A stretch of 64,000 nucleotides of DNA from an uncultured bacterium (GCA_903885635.1 CAISJE010000076.1:588-64587), one strand, 5' to 3'; shown: positions 24,514-34,035, counted from the stretch's first letter. Numbers and translations are program-made. Notes: generated from the letters alone by a model not told the origin.

Positions 24514-24759
24514 ATGAATTTAGAAAGAATGCAATTAAAAGGATTATTAGTCGAGTCTCAGAAAAAGTATAAAACACTTGATACTGAGGCTTCGGGACTA
24601 ATAATCCTGATTCGTTCAGTACTCAATCCGTATCAGGATGATATGTCACAATTGCAAATCGAAAAAGTCTTAACCTATGTTGAAAGATTGCATTCGATTG
24701 TTGCAGAAATTAAAGATTTGAAGTCCAAAATTGAAAAATTGGAGAGAGAGTTTGAATAA
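24514..24759 (+). CDS. hypothetical coiled-coil protein
   Basis: 81-aa ORF abutting the previous stop. Confidence 0.4.
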   Translation: MNLERMQLKGLLVESQKKYKTLDTEASGLIILIRSVLNPYQDDMSQLQIEKVLTYVERLHSIVAEIKDLKSKIEKLEREFE

Positions 24760-25177
24760 TAAATCTTTGTACATTAATGAAGCCGAAAGGATATATGTAT
24801 ATGAACTTCGCTCTGTTGAAGAAACAGCGGCGAAAGTTAACGTCTGCCCAAGGACAATAATAAAATGGAAACTCAAAGGTGATTGGGATACTAAACGCAG
24901 ACAATTCCTGAAATCAAAACAGGCATTCCATGAAGAACTGTACGATTTTGCAAGAAAAATCATGCATGAAATAAAAGCAGATTTGGAAAATGGAGAAAAA
25001 ATTGATACAGGCAGAATGTATGCTTTTACAAAAATGCTTCCATTGATTACAAAAATCAAAGAATACGAAGATGTAGCAACATTAATGAAAGATAAACCTG
25101 CTGAAAACAAAGGTTTAACCAAAGAATTAATAAGAACGATCGAAGAAGAAATCTTGGGAATGAAACCAAATGAATAG
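24731..25177 (+). CDS. terminase small subunit (Mu gp27-like, HTH)
   Basis: IYVYELRSVEETAAKVNVCPRTIIKWKLKGDWDTKRRQF is an HTH plus a basic helix, directly upstream of the large terminase. Non-ATG start, exact position uncertain. Confidence 0.55.
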   Translation: MKNWRESLNNKSLYINEAERIYVYELRSVEETAAKVNVCPRTIIKWKLKGDWDTKRRQFLKSKQAFHEELYDFARKIMHEIKADLENGEKIDTGRMYAFTKMLPLITKIKEYEDVATLMKDKPAENKGLTKELIRTIEEEILGMKPNE

Positions 25178-26540
25178 TAATCAAAAAACATTAACGCCCA
25201 CGCCTACAGCATTTTTCTTGCCATATCAACAACGATGGCTTGATGACAATTCTCCGATTAAAATATGGGAGAAATCAAGACGTATCGGTGCGACATACGT
25301 TCAAAGTTACGAAGACGTAAGAGATTGCATTGCAAAAGCAGTTCCTGCCGTTTGGTTTTCATCTGCCGATGAAAGTGCCGCAAAAGAATATATTTCATAT
25401 TGTGAGATGTGGGTTAAACTTTTTCACGTAGCCGCAAAATCAATGGGCGAAGTTGTTATTGATTCAGAGAAAGACATAAAAGCCCTTGTGATTGAGTTTG
25501 CAAATGGTACAAAAATTCACGCTTTAAGTTCTAATCCAAAAGGGTTCAGAAGTAAAGGCGGAAAAGTAGTTTTGGATGAATTCGCACACCACGATAATCC
25601 TTTTGAGCTTTGGAAAGCTGCAAAGCCTTGTGTTACTTGGGGCTTTCCATTGAGGATTTTATCCACACACAATGGACAAAGCACTTTATTTTTCAAGTTT
25701 ATTGAACAGATTTTAAAAGGAATTTTAAAATGGGCATTGCATACTACTCCTGTTCAACTTGCTGTTGAAGAAGGACTTGTTGATAAAATTTATGGAAGAA
25801 AAACAACAAAAGAAGAACAGGAAGAATGGCTTGATGAACAGAGAAAAGACTGTTTTGACGAATATACTTGGTTGCAGGAATATTGCTGTGTGGCAATTGA
25901 TGAAGCTTGTGCGTTCCTCCCTTATAACCTGATAGCGACTTGTGAATGCGAGGATACTTTAAAATCGCTAACAGATGTAATCGGCGATTTGTACGTTGGA
26001 ACTGACATTGGTCGTAAAAAAGATTTAACCTGCATTTGGATATTAGAAGTTTTTGAAAAAGTTAAATACACAAGAAAAGTTGAAATATTAGAAAAAACTC
26101 CATTTCATATTCAACAGGAAGTTTTATTTAGTATCCTAAAACATCCTAAAATGAGACGGTGCTGTATTGATGCGACAGGGCTTGGGATGCAATTAGCTGA
26201 ATCCGCACAAATAAAATTCGGCAAATACCGAGTCGAGGCACTATCTTTCACGAATAAACTTAAAGAAGAACTTGCCTATACAACCCGAACTAATTTTGAA
26301 GATAAAACGGTGTATGTCCCTGCCGAACAGGACATAAGGGAAGACTTGCATTCCGTCAGAAGACAAACAACCACCGCCGGAAATATTCGTTTTGATGTCG
26401 AAAAATCGGATGTCTCAGGACACGCAGACAGGTTTTGGGCTTTAAGTCTTGCCTTGCACGCTCTTGAAACAAACAGCGGCCCCATTAATATTGCAACAAG
26501 AAAAAGGCGAGAAACTACTGAAATGACAAAAACATTCTGA
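25170..26540 (+). CDS. terminase large subunit (Mu gp28-like)
   Basis: 456 aa. Walker B-like KVVLDEFAHH, a C-terminal acidic nuclease-like region and synteny with the portal gene. Confidence 0.75.
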   Translation: MNSNQKTLTPTPTAFFLPYQQRWLDDNSPIKIWEKSRRIGATYVQSYEDVRDCIAKAVPAVWFSSADESAAKEYISYCEMWVKLFHVAAKSMGEVVIDSEKDIKALVIEFANGTKIHALSSNPKGFRSKGGKVVLDEFAHHDNPFELWKAAKPCVTWGFPLRILSTHNGQSTLFFKFIEQILKGILKWALHTTPVQLAVEEGLVDKIYGRKTTKEEQEEWLDEQRKDCFDEYTWLQEYCCVAIDEACAFLPYNLIATCECEDTLKSLTDVIGDLYVGTDIGRKKDLTCIWILEVFEKVKYTRKVEILEKTPFHIQQEVLFSILKHPKMRRCCIDATGLGMQLAESAQIKFGKYRVEALSFTNKLKEELAYTTRTNFEDKTVYVPAEQDIREDLHSVRRQTTTAGNIRFDVEKSDVSGHADRFWALSLALHALETNSGPINIATRKRRETTEMTKTF

Positions 26541-26666
26541 GCCGTTTTAAATGGTGTTTTTAAATTTTGGCACACAAATATACCCAATCACCCCTAAAAA
26601 TTCAATACAGGAAAATTTAAACGAGTTTTAAACGGGGTTGCGGACAAGCTTTAAAGAGAAAGAATT

Positions 26667-28112
26667 ATGGAAAACAATTTATTAGAAAATAAGAATACAA
26701 AACAAGGACTCGCAGATGAAATTGCGACAAGAAAACGTTCGCTGAATTTCTATTCTTTAGGATATATGCTTCCAGACCCCGACCCCGTTTTAAGAAAACA
26801 AGGTAAGGATATGAGGATTTACAGAGAATTGCTTTGTGACGCTCACGTTTTCGCTTGTGCTCAATCAAGAAAGTCGGGGGTTTTATCTCTTGAGTGGGAT
26901 ATAAATCGTGGACAAGACGATGACAAAGATGTATCAAGGTTAAAGGACATATTGAAAAACATTGATATATTTCAATTAATAAATGACATTTTGGACTGTG
27001 CATTCTTTGGTTTTCAACCGATAGAGGTTATTTGGCAAAAAATTGATAGCCTAGTCCTTCCATCTGCTTTAGTTGCCAAACCGCCTGAATGGTTTTGCTA
27101 TGATGAAGACAATAATTTAAAATTCAGAACCAAAGAAAATTATTGGGGAGAAGAACTTCCTGATAAGAAATTTCTCTGTCCTCAATCAAACGCAAGCTAT
27201 GATAACCCTTATGGTGAAAGAGTCCTTTCAAGAGTTTTCTGGCCCGTTACTTTTAAAAAAGGTGGCTTGAAGTTTTGGGTTCTTTTTACTGAGAAGTATG
27301 GAATTCCACATCTCGTGGGGAAACATCCAAGAGGGGCATCAAAAGAAGAAACTGAAACGCTTGCAGATTTACTTGAAAATATGATTCAAGACGCAATTGC
27401 AGTTATTCCTGATGACAGTTCTGTTGAAATCCAAGAAGCTGAAAAATCATCCTCTGCTGAGATTTTTGAAAAATTGATTGATAAAATGAACGCAGAAATT
27501 TCAAAGGCTATCTTAGGACAAACTCTTACAACAGAAATTGGAAGCACAGGCAGTTATGCAGCAAGCCAAACTCACATGAGTGTTAGAAAAGATATTGTTG
27601 ATTCTGACAAAAAATTAGTAGAAAAAACAATCAACCAGCTAATAAAATGGATTTATGAAATAAATTTTTCAGGTCAAGACATTCCTCAATTTGAAATGTA
27701 TGAGATTGAAGATGTTGATTTAAATCTAGCCCAAAGGGACAAAGTTCTCGTGGACTGCGGTATTAAATTCACAAAAAAATACTTCATTAAAAATTATGGA
27801 TTTGATGAGGAAGATATTGAAATTGTAGATGCCAAAAAATCTACAACATTTAAACAATTTAAAGAAGAAAATGGGAATCAAGGGCAGGATGAAGTTGACG
27901 GATTATTCGATTTAATCTCTGCTGAAGAATTGCAATTAATTTCAAATGATATTCTAAAGCCACTTTTAAAACAGCTTTCTAAATGTAAAACGGAAGAAGA
28001 ATTTAGAAAGATTTTAGATGAAAAGAATTTGAAAACGAACAAATTTGAAGAAGTTTTATCCAAAGCTCTCTTTTTATGCGAAGCACAAGGGAGGGCAGAT
28101 GGACTTGATTAA
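26667..28112 (+). CDS. portal protein (Mu gp29 / DUF935-like)
   Basis: 481 aa, positioned between the terminase and MuF-like genes. Confidence 0.7.
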   Translation: MENNLLENKNTKQGLADEIATRKRSLNFYSLGYMLPDPDPVLRKQGKDMRIYRELLCDAHVFACAQSRKSGVLSLEWDINRGQDDDKDVSRLKDILKNIDIFQLINDILDCAFFGFQPIEVIWQKIDSLVLPSALVAKPPEWFCYDEDNNLKFRTKENYWGEELPDKKFLCPQSNASYDNPYGERVLSRVFWPVTFKKGGLKFWVLFTEKYGIPHLVGKHPRGASKEETETLADLLENMIQDAIAVIPDDSSVEIQEAEKSSSAEIFEKLIDKMNAEISKAILGQTLTTEIGSTGSYAASQTHMSVRKDIVDSDKKLVEKTINQLIKWIYEINFSGQDIPQFEMYEIEDVDLNLAQRDKVLVDCGIKFTKKYFIKNYGFDEEDIEIVDAKKSTTFKQFKEENGNQGQDEVDGLFDLISAEELQLISNDILKPLLKQLSKCKTEEEFRKILDEKNLKTNKFEEVLSKALFLCEAQGRADGLD

Positions 28113-29295
28113 GAATCAACTTACATTTTTTGATATGTTTTCAGGAATAGGCGGATTTAAAATCGCTTTAGAAAAAGCAGGTTTTAAATGTGTAGGATAC
28201 TGTGACAATGATAAATATGCAACAAAATTGTATCGGGAATTTTTTAACACAGAAGAGGAGATGTACTTCGATGATGCAACAACAATCAGAACCGATGAAT
28301 TGCCAGACTTTGACATCTTGTGTGCAGGATTTCCTTGCCAAGCTTTCTCAATTGCTGGAAAGAGACGAGGCTTTAGTGAGTCCAGAGGCACAATGTTTTT
28401 TGAAGTCGCAAGGATTTTACGAGACAAAAAACCCAAATATTTTATACTCGAAAATGTTAAAGGGTTACTTAACCATGAGCGTGGAGGAACTTTTGCAACT
28501 ATCGTTAAAATTCTCTCCGACCTTGGGTATTCAACTCAATGGCAGGTTCTTAATTCTAAGTTCTTCGGCGTTCCTCAAAACAGGGAAAGAGTGCTCCTTG
28601 TCGGATGTCTTACAGGAGAATGTATCGGAAAAGTATTTCCTATCTCCTCAAATGATGCAAAAAATATTAGTAACTTGAATACAATTGCAATCACTAAAGG
28701 AAAATCCCAAGGAAACAGAGTTTATTCGGTTGATGGAATAAGTTCCTGCCTGACATCAAATGGCGGCGGTCAAGGCGGTAAAACAGGTTTGTATTTTATC
28801 AATAAACCAAGATTTGATACCTACAAAGCCTCCGATATTGTTCAAACTTTAAAAGTCGCAGGTGATACACCTTTGATGAGAGTTCGAAATGGAACTAAAA
28901 AAGGATACGATGAAGCTTCAATCGGAGACGGAATAAGTCTTGGCTATCCGACCAGTACAACCCGAAGAGGTCGTGTCGGTAAAAAAGTCTCACAAACGCT
29001 TGATACACATTGCCAAATGGGTACAATTGATAAATTCAGAATTAGAAGATTAACCCCACTTGAATGCTTTAGGCTTCAAGGATTTCCTGATGAAATGGTT
29101 AAAAAGGCATATGCTCTTAAAATTTCTGATGCTCAATTATATAAAATGGCAGGAAATGCTGTAACTGTAAACACAGTTTATGCAGTTGCAAAGAGGATAG
29201 CGGATTGCGAGCAGAGGCTGGAGGGCTTGTCGAAGGACAAGACCGCAACGCCGTTTAATGCGAGCAACCAAGCAGCGGAGGTAGAAAATGCCTGA
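28099..29295 (+). CDS. DNA (cytosine-5)-methyltransferase
   Basis: Motif I FSGIGG, motif IV GFPCQAFS, motif VI ENV, motif VIII QNRERV, motif X GNAV. ATG at 28099 after AAGGGAGG. The C-terminal 30 aa are encoded by GC-rich element B. Confidence 0.9.
   Translation: MDLIKNQLTFFDMFSGIGGFKIALEKAGFKCVGYCDNDKYATKLYREFFNTEEEMYFDDATTIRTDELPDFDILCAGFPCQAFSIAGKRRGFSESRGTMFFEVARILRDKKPKYFILENVKGLLNHERGGTFATIVKILSDLGYSTQWQVLNSKFFGVPQNRERVLLVGCLTGECIGKVFPISSNDAKNISNLNTIAITKGKSQGNRVYSVDGISSCLTSNGGGQGGKTGLYFINKPRFDTYKASDIVQTLKVAGDTPLMRVRNGTKKGYDEASIGDGISLGYPTSTTRRGRVGKKVSQTLDTHCQMGTIDKFRIRRLTPLECFRLQGFPDEMVKKAYALKISDAQLYKMAGNAVTVNTVYAVAKRIADCEQRLEGLSKDKTATPFNASNQAAEVENA
29199..29272 (+). repeat. GC-rich structured junction element, copy B
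   Basis: Reads AGCGGATTGCGAGCAGAGG, then a hairpin (29224-29244), then CCGTTTAATGCGAGCAACCAAG. It ends 15 nt before the MuF ATG. Confidence 0.6.
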
Positions 29296-30202
29296 TTTAA
29301 AAGCAATGTTCAAACTATCTCCATCCATGGCAATAAAATATTTTAAGAGTAAAAACAATAAGCTCTCTTGGGATTGGCACGAAGTTTGGCAATCAGCACA
29401 CAAAAAATCTTTTACTGTTGCTAAATTAATGCGAGAAGATGTTTTGCAGGATATTAGAAATTCTCTTGATAAATCACTAGCCGAAGGTCAAACTTTTCAG
29501 CAATTCCAAAAAGAACTCAAACCAACGCTTCAGAAAAAAGGTTGGTGGGGAATTGCGGCAGCCGAGGTTGCTGACCCGACAGGCTTACGCAGCGGGAAGG
29601 AGTTGAGTAAGCAACTCCCCTTCCCGCAAGGAAGACAGGTCGGGTCGCAACTGAACGATGGCGACGTAAGAGTTTCTAAAAGAAACTCCACAGGAGCAAA
29701 AGAACAATTTGTCGGTGATTCTCAAGGCAATATTGAAAAAGTTGAAATGGGCTCTTTGAGCCGCTTAAAAACAATTTATCAAGTAAATATGCAAACTTCC
29801 TATATGGCAGGCAGGTATAAAACTCAGCTTGGAAATGTAGATGACAGACCATACTGGCAGTATGTTGCCGTTATGGATAAAAGAACACGTCCTGAACATG
29901 CAGAACTCAACGAAAGAACTTTTAGATATGATGACCCGTTTTGGAGTAGTTTTTACCCTCCAAATGGTTGGCGATGCCGATGCAGAGTCAGGGCTTTAAC
30001 AAAAGATGACTTAGATGGTGCAGAACCTGATAATTCTGACGGCTGTTTGTCTGAAGAAATGGAACTTGTATCAAAGAAATCAGGCGAGATGAAGCCTGTA
30101 ACTGTTTACAAAGACCCTCTAACAGGACACAAAATCAAACCCGACGTCGGTTGGAGTTATAACCCCGGCAAAGACAACGGGATTTTGGATGACGAGGATT
30201 AA
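29288..30202 (+). CDS. MuF-like head morphogenesis protein (Mu gp30 / SPP1 gp7 family)
   Basis: AVMDKRTRPEHAELNERTFRYDDPFW...YPPNGWRCRCRVRAL is the family signature. Confidence 0.85.
   Translation: MPDLKAMFKLSPSMAIKYFKSKNNKLSWDWHEVWQSAHKKSFTVAKLMREDVLQDIRNSLDKSLAEGQTFQQFQKELKPTLQKKGWWGIAAAEVADPTGLRSGKELSKQLPFPQGRQVGSQLNDGDVRVSKRNSTGAKEQFVGDSQGNIEKVEMGSLSRLKTIYQVNMQTSYMAGRYKTQLGNVDDRPYWQYVAVMDKRTRPEHAELNERTFRYDDPFWSSFYPPNGWRCRCRVRALTKDDLDGAEPDNSDGCLSEEMELVSKKSGEMKPVTVYKDPLTGHKIKPDVGWSYNPGKDNGILDDED
29551..29668 (+). repeat. GC-rich palindromic insertion, in frame within the MuF-like gene (element C)
   Basis: AATTGCGGCAGCCGAGG is followed by a long imperfect hairpin at 29573-29646 (outer GACCCGAC/GTCGGGTC, inner GCGGGAAGG/CCTTCCCGC). 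Composition contrasts sharply with the flanks. Confidence 0.55.
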
Positions 30203-30245
30203 CCCCAATTTAAACAGTATTTAAATAGCATTTAAAGGAGATTTT

Positions 30246-31061
30246 ATGACAATTGACACAAAACATTTACTCAATTGGGTCGGAGGAAAAAGATTATTGA
30301 GAAAAACCATTGCTCCGCTTATCCCGACAAATATCAAATCCTACGTTGAACCTTTCGGTGGCGGTGGTTGGATTTTGTTTTACAAACCCCGTTGGGCAGA
30401 TTTAGAAATCTACAACGACTTAGACGGAAGACTTGTAAACCTTTTTAGAATTGTTAAATACCATCCCGAAGCCTTAAAGGAAGAGCTTACATATTTGCTC
30501 GGCTCTCGTGAAATGTTTATGCAGTTTTTAAAGGCAAAACCTTATACGGATATCCAAAGAGCAGTTCAATTTTTGTTTTTAATCACACGCTCTTTTGGTG
30601 GTCGAGGCGGAACTTTTGGAACGGTCAAAAAATCTTGTGGCGGTGCAAGCAAAAGCCAAACAAATATTCTATTCAAAATTGATGCAATCCACAAACGCTT
30701 GGATAAAGTATTAGTGGAAAACAGAGACTTTGAAAAATTGATTAAACAATATGACCATGAAGATGCTTTCTTCTATTGTGACCCACCTTATACTTGTGGT
30801 TGCGGATATGAAGTTACGACAACAGAAGGCTTTGCCCATGAAAAGTTGCGAGATACTTTGAAAAATATTCAGGGTAGATTTTTACTTTCCTATGATGATT
30901 GCCCAAAAATCCGAGAGCTGTACAAAGACTTTGAAATGATTGCAGTGGAACGCCTGAACGGAATTAACAATAAGCAAGCAAACCGAGAAAATAAAATGTT
31001 CAAGGAATTGTTAATTGCGAATTATCCTATTAAGGAGCTGTTTAATGGACGAACCAATTGA
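30246..31061 (+). CDS. dam: DNA adenine methyltransferase (Dam/D12 class)
   Basis: N-terminal LNWVGGKRLL, FGGGG, and catalytic DPPY in FFYCDPPYT. Confidence 0.85.
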   Translation: MTIDTKHLLNWVGGKRLLRKTIAPLIPTNIKSYVEPFGGGGWILFYKPRWADLEIYNDLDGRLVNLFRIVKYHPEALKEELTYLLGSREMFMQFLKAKPYTDIQRAVQFLFLITRSFGGRGGTFGTVKKSCGGASKSQTNILFKIDAIHKRLDKVLVENRDFEKLIKQYDHEDAFFYCDPPYTCGCGYEVTTTEGFAHEKLRDTLKNIQGRFLLSYDDCPKIRELYKDFEMIAVERLNGINNKQANRENKMFKELLIANYPIKELFNGRTN

Positions 31062-31485
31062 AATAAAAATAGATAACAAAGAGCTTAGCCAAGTTTTGGA
31101 TAAGCTCTTTGAAAAAACAACAAATTTAAAACCCTTGATGAAGAGTATTGCAGGAACAATGGCGGATGCTGTTGAGGAAAATTTCAAACAGGAAGGTAGA
31201 CCTGAGTGGGCAAAGTTAAAAGATTCTACAATAAAAATAAGAACTCAAAAAGGATACTGGCCCGGAAAGATTTTACAAATGCGAGGAGAACTTGCAGCAT
31301 CCATTACAAGCGAATACAGCGAAAACTCAGCCATTGTCGGAACAAATAAAACCTACGCAGCAATCCACCAATTCGGTGGCAATGCTGGCAGAAATAAAAA
31401 AACAGAAATCGAAGCGAGACCTTATTTAAAATTAGATGAAGATGATTTAAATAATATTTTAAAAACAGCTTCCGATTACTTATAA
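31045..31485 (+). CDS. Mu gpG-like virion morphogenesis protein
   Basis: LKPLMKSIAGTMADAVEENFKQEGRPEWAKLKDST...GKILQMRGELAASIT...YAAIHQFGG follows the gpG pattern. ATG at 31045 after TAAGGAG. Confidence 0.7.
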   Translation: MDEPIEIKIDNKELSQVLDKLFEKTTNLKPLMKSIAGTMADAVEENFKQEGRPEWAKLKDSTIKIRTQKGYWPGKILQMRGELAASITSEYSENSAIVGTNKTYAAIHQFGGNAGRNKKTEIEARPYLKLDEDDLNNILKTASDYL

Positions 31486-31615
31486 AATTATAAGTTCATA
31501 AGTGATATTTATGTTACAAAGTATTAAAAAATGCTTAAAAGTCAAAAAAATAGTAAATTTTTTGCTATAAAAAATCTTTATATTAATATGTGTGATCATT
31601 TAAGGAAGTGTTATT

Positions 31616-32530
31616 TTGGTTGTAGAAGTAGAAGTAATAAAGCAAAATAATTCACATTCAAAAAACAGAGAATATACTGCCTCTGTTACAGATGAACCTG
31701 TATGTATTTTTGATAAAAATACTCCTCCAAAATACGCAGAAACCGATAACTCTTTGTTTTCTGTTGTTAAAGCAATTCCGACATTTAGAAGAATATATTC
31801 CGCTCCTGATGAAGTAGAAAAGGGCAATATTACTACTGCAGCAGGAATGGCAAGTTTAGCACTTATTAATGTTCCAGAAGATTTTAGAGATATGAAAAAT
31901 GCATATAGCCAACTTAAATCAGCAATTAAGGGGGAGAAATACGAATATAAATATGATTATACGAAATATCAACATCCGTTTTCATTTGTAAGAGGCACTT
32001 TATTAAATGATGTCGCAGATTCAAATAAAGCAAAGCATAAAGAATTAGCAAAGAAAATATTAAAAGGGGATGTAACATTAGCTAAAACTAGACTTGGAAA
32101 AAAGGTATTTAAAATTTTAGGTGTGGAATGTGTTGATAAGATTGAAACAAAAGTTCATGACTTTGGCTCTACAGAAGCTGCACCAAAATTTGTTAAAGCG
32201 AATGTTTATGAAGGTTCAAGTTTTGGCAAATTAACTGCTCATTCTTTTGAAAGAACTACCAAATATGGTGTTTTGGCAATGGCACTGTTGGAATTACCCA
32301 AAATAGTTAAAGCGTTTAATAATGGCGATAATGTTGAAGAAAAAATTAAAAATGGTAGCAAACAAATTTTGAAATCAGGAATAAATGTTGCAGCTATTAC
32401 CGCAGGTATAGGTTACGCAGGTGCAATTGGAGCTCAAAAGCTTGGGCCTGTTGGCTCATTAGTTGGAATGGGGGCAGGAGCAATAATAGGTGGCTATGGC
32501 TCTAAGAAACTTCAAGAACTTGTTGCTTAA
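31616..32530 (+). CDS. hypothetical protein with a C-terminal glycine-zipper membrane segment
   Basis: TTG start with no early ATG. C-terminal AAITAGIGYAGAIGAQKLGPVGSLVGMGAGAIIGGYG. Confidence 0.45.
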   Translation: MVVEVEVIKQNNSHSKNREYTASVTDEPVCIFDKNTPPKYAETDNSLFSVVKAIPTFRRIYSAPDEVEKGNITTAAGMASLALINVPEDFRDMKNAYSQLKSAIKGEKYEYKYDYTKYQHPFSFVRGTLLNDVADSNKAKHKELAKKILKGDVTLAKTRLGKKVFKILGVECVDKIETKVHDFGSTEAAPKFVKANVYEGSSFGKLTAHSFERTTKYGVLAMALLELPKIVKAFNNGDNVEEKIKNGSKQILKSGINVAAITAGIGYAGAIGAQKLGPVGSLVGMGAGAIIGGYGSKKLQELVA

Positions 32531-32817
32531 CTTATTTTTTTATCACCTTTTGATGCAAAAAAAATTTTTACCCACTGAATGTCAATGTCAAAACTATTTT
32601 GAAATTTAGGGAAATAGTGTTTTTTTGCAGCTTCTAAAGTATCAACGGCATCTTGTTGGGAGATTCCTGAAAAGATTACGCTATCTGTAAGATCTCTCGC
32701 ACAATCAATATCGCCTTTAAGTTTATTTAACCATTGAGTATTGACCCCACAAAATGCAGGATTTTGGAATTTAGTATTTGTTTGATTTGCATTATTTGTA
32801 TTAAAATTTATTAACAT
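32527..32817 (-). CDS. hypothetical small protein with a weak version of the shared N-terminal leader
   Basis: Product starts MLINFNTNNANQTNTKFQNPAFCGVN... Confidence 0.45.
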   Translation of the reverse strand: MLINFNTNNANQTNTKFQNPAFCGVNTQWLNKLKGDIDCARDLTDSVIFSGISQQDAVDTLEAAKKHYFPKFQNSFDIDIQWVKIFFASKGDKKIS

Positions 32818-32909
32818 ATTATATTTTTACCTTATTCACTTTTACAATTATATTAAATCAATCAAGGAAAATAATTGCTACAAATGTTATAAAAATTTAC
32901 ATATATTGT

Positions 32910-33590
32910 TTATAATCCAAAATTCATTCCCGATAAATGCTCGAGATATTGGATATCTATTTTTTCAGGAACAATGTCAATATTTCGAGCAAGATAAGCA
33001 ACATTGTGTATTTGCTTCCCTTCTTTCCAAAGAATAATTTTGTAATAATAATCAGGAATTTCAACTTTATTGCCAATATAATTTTTCTGATTTTGAATTA
33101 CTCCTGTTATAACTGTTATCCCATTATGAATAGTAGCTGAATTTCGTTCTATTTCTTCAATTTTTTTCCACTCAGCTTCATTTAATTTTTTATTTTGAGG
33201 TGCTGCATTTGCAAAAGAAAAAGTTAAATATTTTTTTGCTTGACAAGAATTAAAGTTTGCAGCCGGAGCCAAATGCCCTCTATCATAACCTGAATTTGTA
33301 TAATCCTTGGTTGTGGCATAATTTGATCCGCATACTCTTTGAATATCAGATGGAACCCTAGAGGGCCATTTTGTTGCTCGTACAGCATTTCCTATAAAAT
33401 CACTAGGAAATAAATTATAAAAAACATAATATGGTGTTTTCTTTTCACAATTCAAAACGCTTGTATATGCCTGATTAGAAACAGAGTTATTTATATAAGG
33501 CTGTTTCCAATCACTTAAGCCTATTGGCTGTGAAAAGACTGGTAAACACAAATTTAAAATAGATAAAAATAATAACAGTAATTTTTTCAT
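32910..33590 (-). CDS. secreted non-specific DNA/RNA endonuclease (beta-beta-alpha-Me, NucA/EndoG family)
   Basis: Signal peptide MKKLLLLFLSILNLCLPVFSQ. Active-site block YDRGHLAPAANF (DRGH motif). Confidence 0.8.
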   Translation of the reverse strand: MKKLLLLFLSILNLCLPVFSQPIGLSDWKQPYINNSVSNQAYTSVLNCEKKTPYYVFYNLFPSDFIGNAVRATKWPSRVPSDIQRVCGSNYATTKDYTNSGYDRGHLAPAANFNSCQAKKYLTFSFANAAPQNKKLNEAEWKKIEEIERNSATIHNGITVITGVIQNQKNYIGNKVEIPDYYYKIILWKEGKQIHNVAYLARNIDIVPEKIDIQYLEHLSGMNFGL

Positions 33591-33834
33591 ATAAACTTTT
33601 CTTAATGGTTAATATTCTCTATTTTACATTCATTTTTAATTATATATATTATCCAGAAGACTTAAAATTAGTTTTTTATAAGTTCTTAAATATGTTCAGT
33701 GATATTTAAAATAATCGCTCTTGCTTGATTTTCTAATATATTTGGGAATATTATTATTTTGGCAATTCTTCTATATCCTTCATATCCTTTTGTAAAGATT
33801 GAAATATACCAATTCTCATCTTGTTTGTTCTCTC

Positions 33835-34035
33835 TTATATATATCTTGCTTTAATAGTGACTCCATCTTTACTTGGTATAACTATTATTCCATCTCTTTC
33901 TAGTTCTTCAATTACTGCAAATAATGCTCCATGTAGTTTTTCTTCTTTCGTAGCGATTGTAAGTTCTCCTCCAGCACTACAGAACATATGCCACATGATA
34001 AGATTCTTGGTTGATTGTACCTGTTCTTCTTCCAT
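33835..34035 (-). CDS. hypothetical small protein
   Basis: 66 aa from ATG 34035 after AGAAGG. Confidence 0.35.
   Translation of the reverse strand: MEEEQVQSTKNLIMWHMFCSAGGELTIATKEEKLHGALFAVIEELERDGIIVIPSKDGVTIKARYI

Larger units (their letters stand above)
1..31500. mobile_element. Mu-like transposable prophage (early transposition module, accessory block, two divergent late operons); both ends approximate, left end may lie at or beyond the window start
   Basis: MuA-like transposase + MuB-like ATPase + GemA/Mor-like genes at 0.25-4.6 kb. Mu-order head genes and Mu/P2-order contractile tail genes follow. Last recognisable phage gene ends at 31485. Confidence 0.75.

Noticed and set aside
8028-29199. 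A Gin-like invertible 21-kb segment bounded by the inverted A and B elements.
   Set aside because: There is no serine invertase gene in the window, and inversion would not restore a canonical Mu gene order. It is kept only as a low-probability alternative to be tested with long reads.
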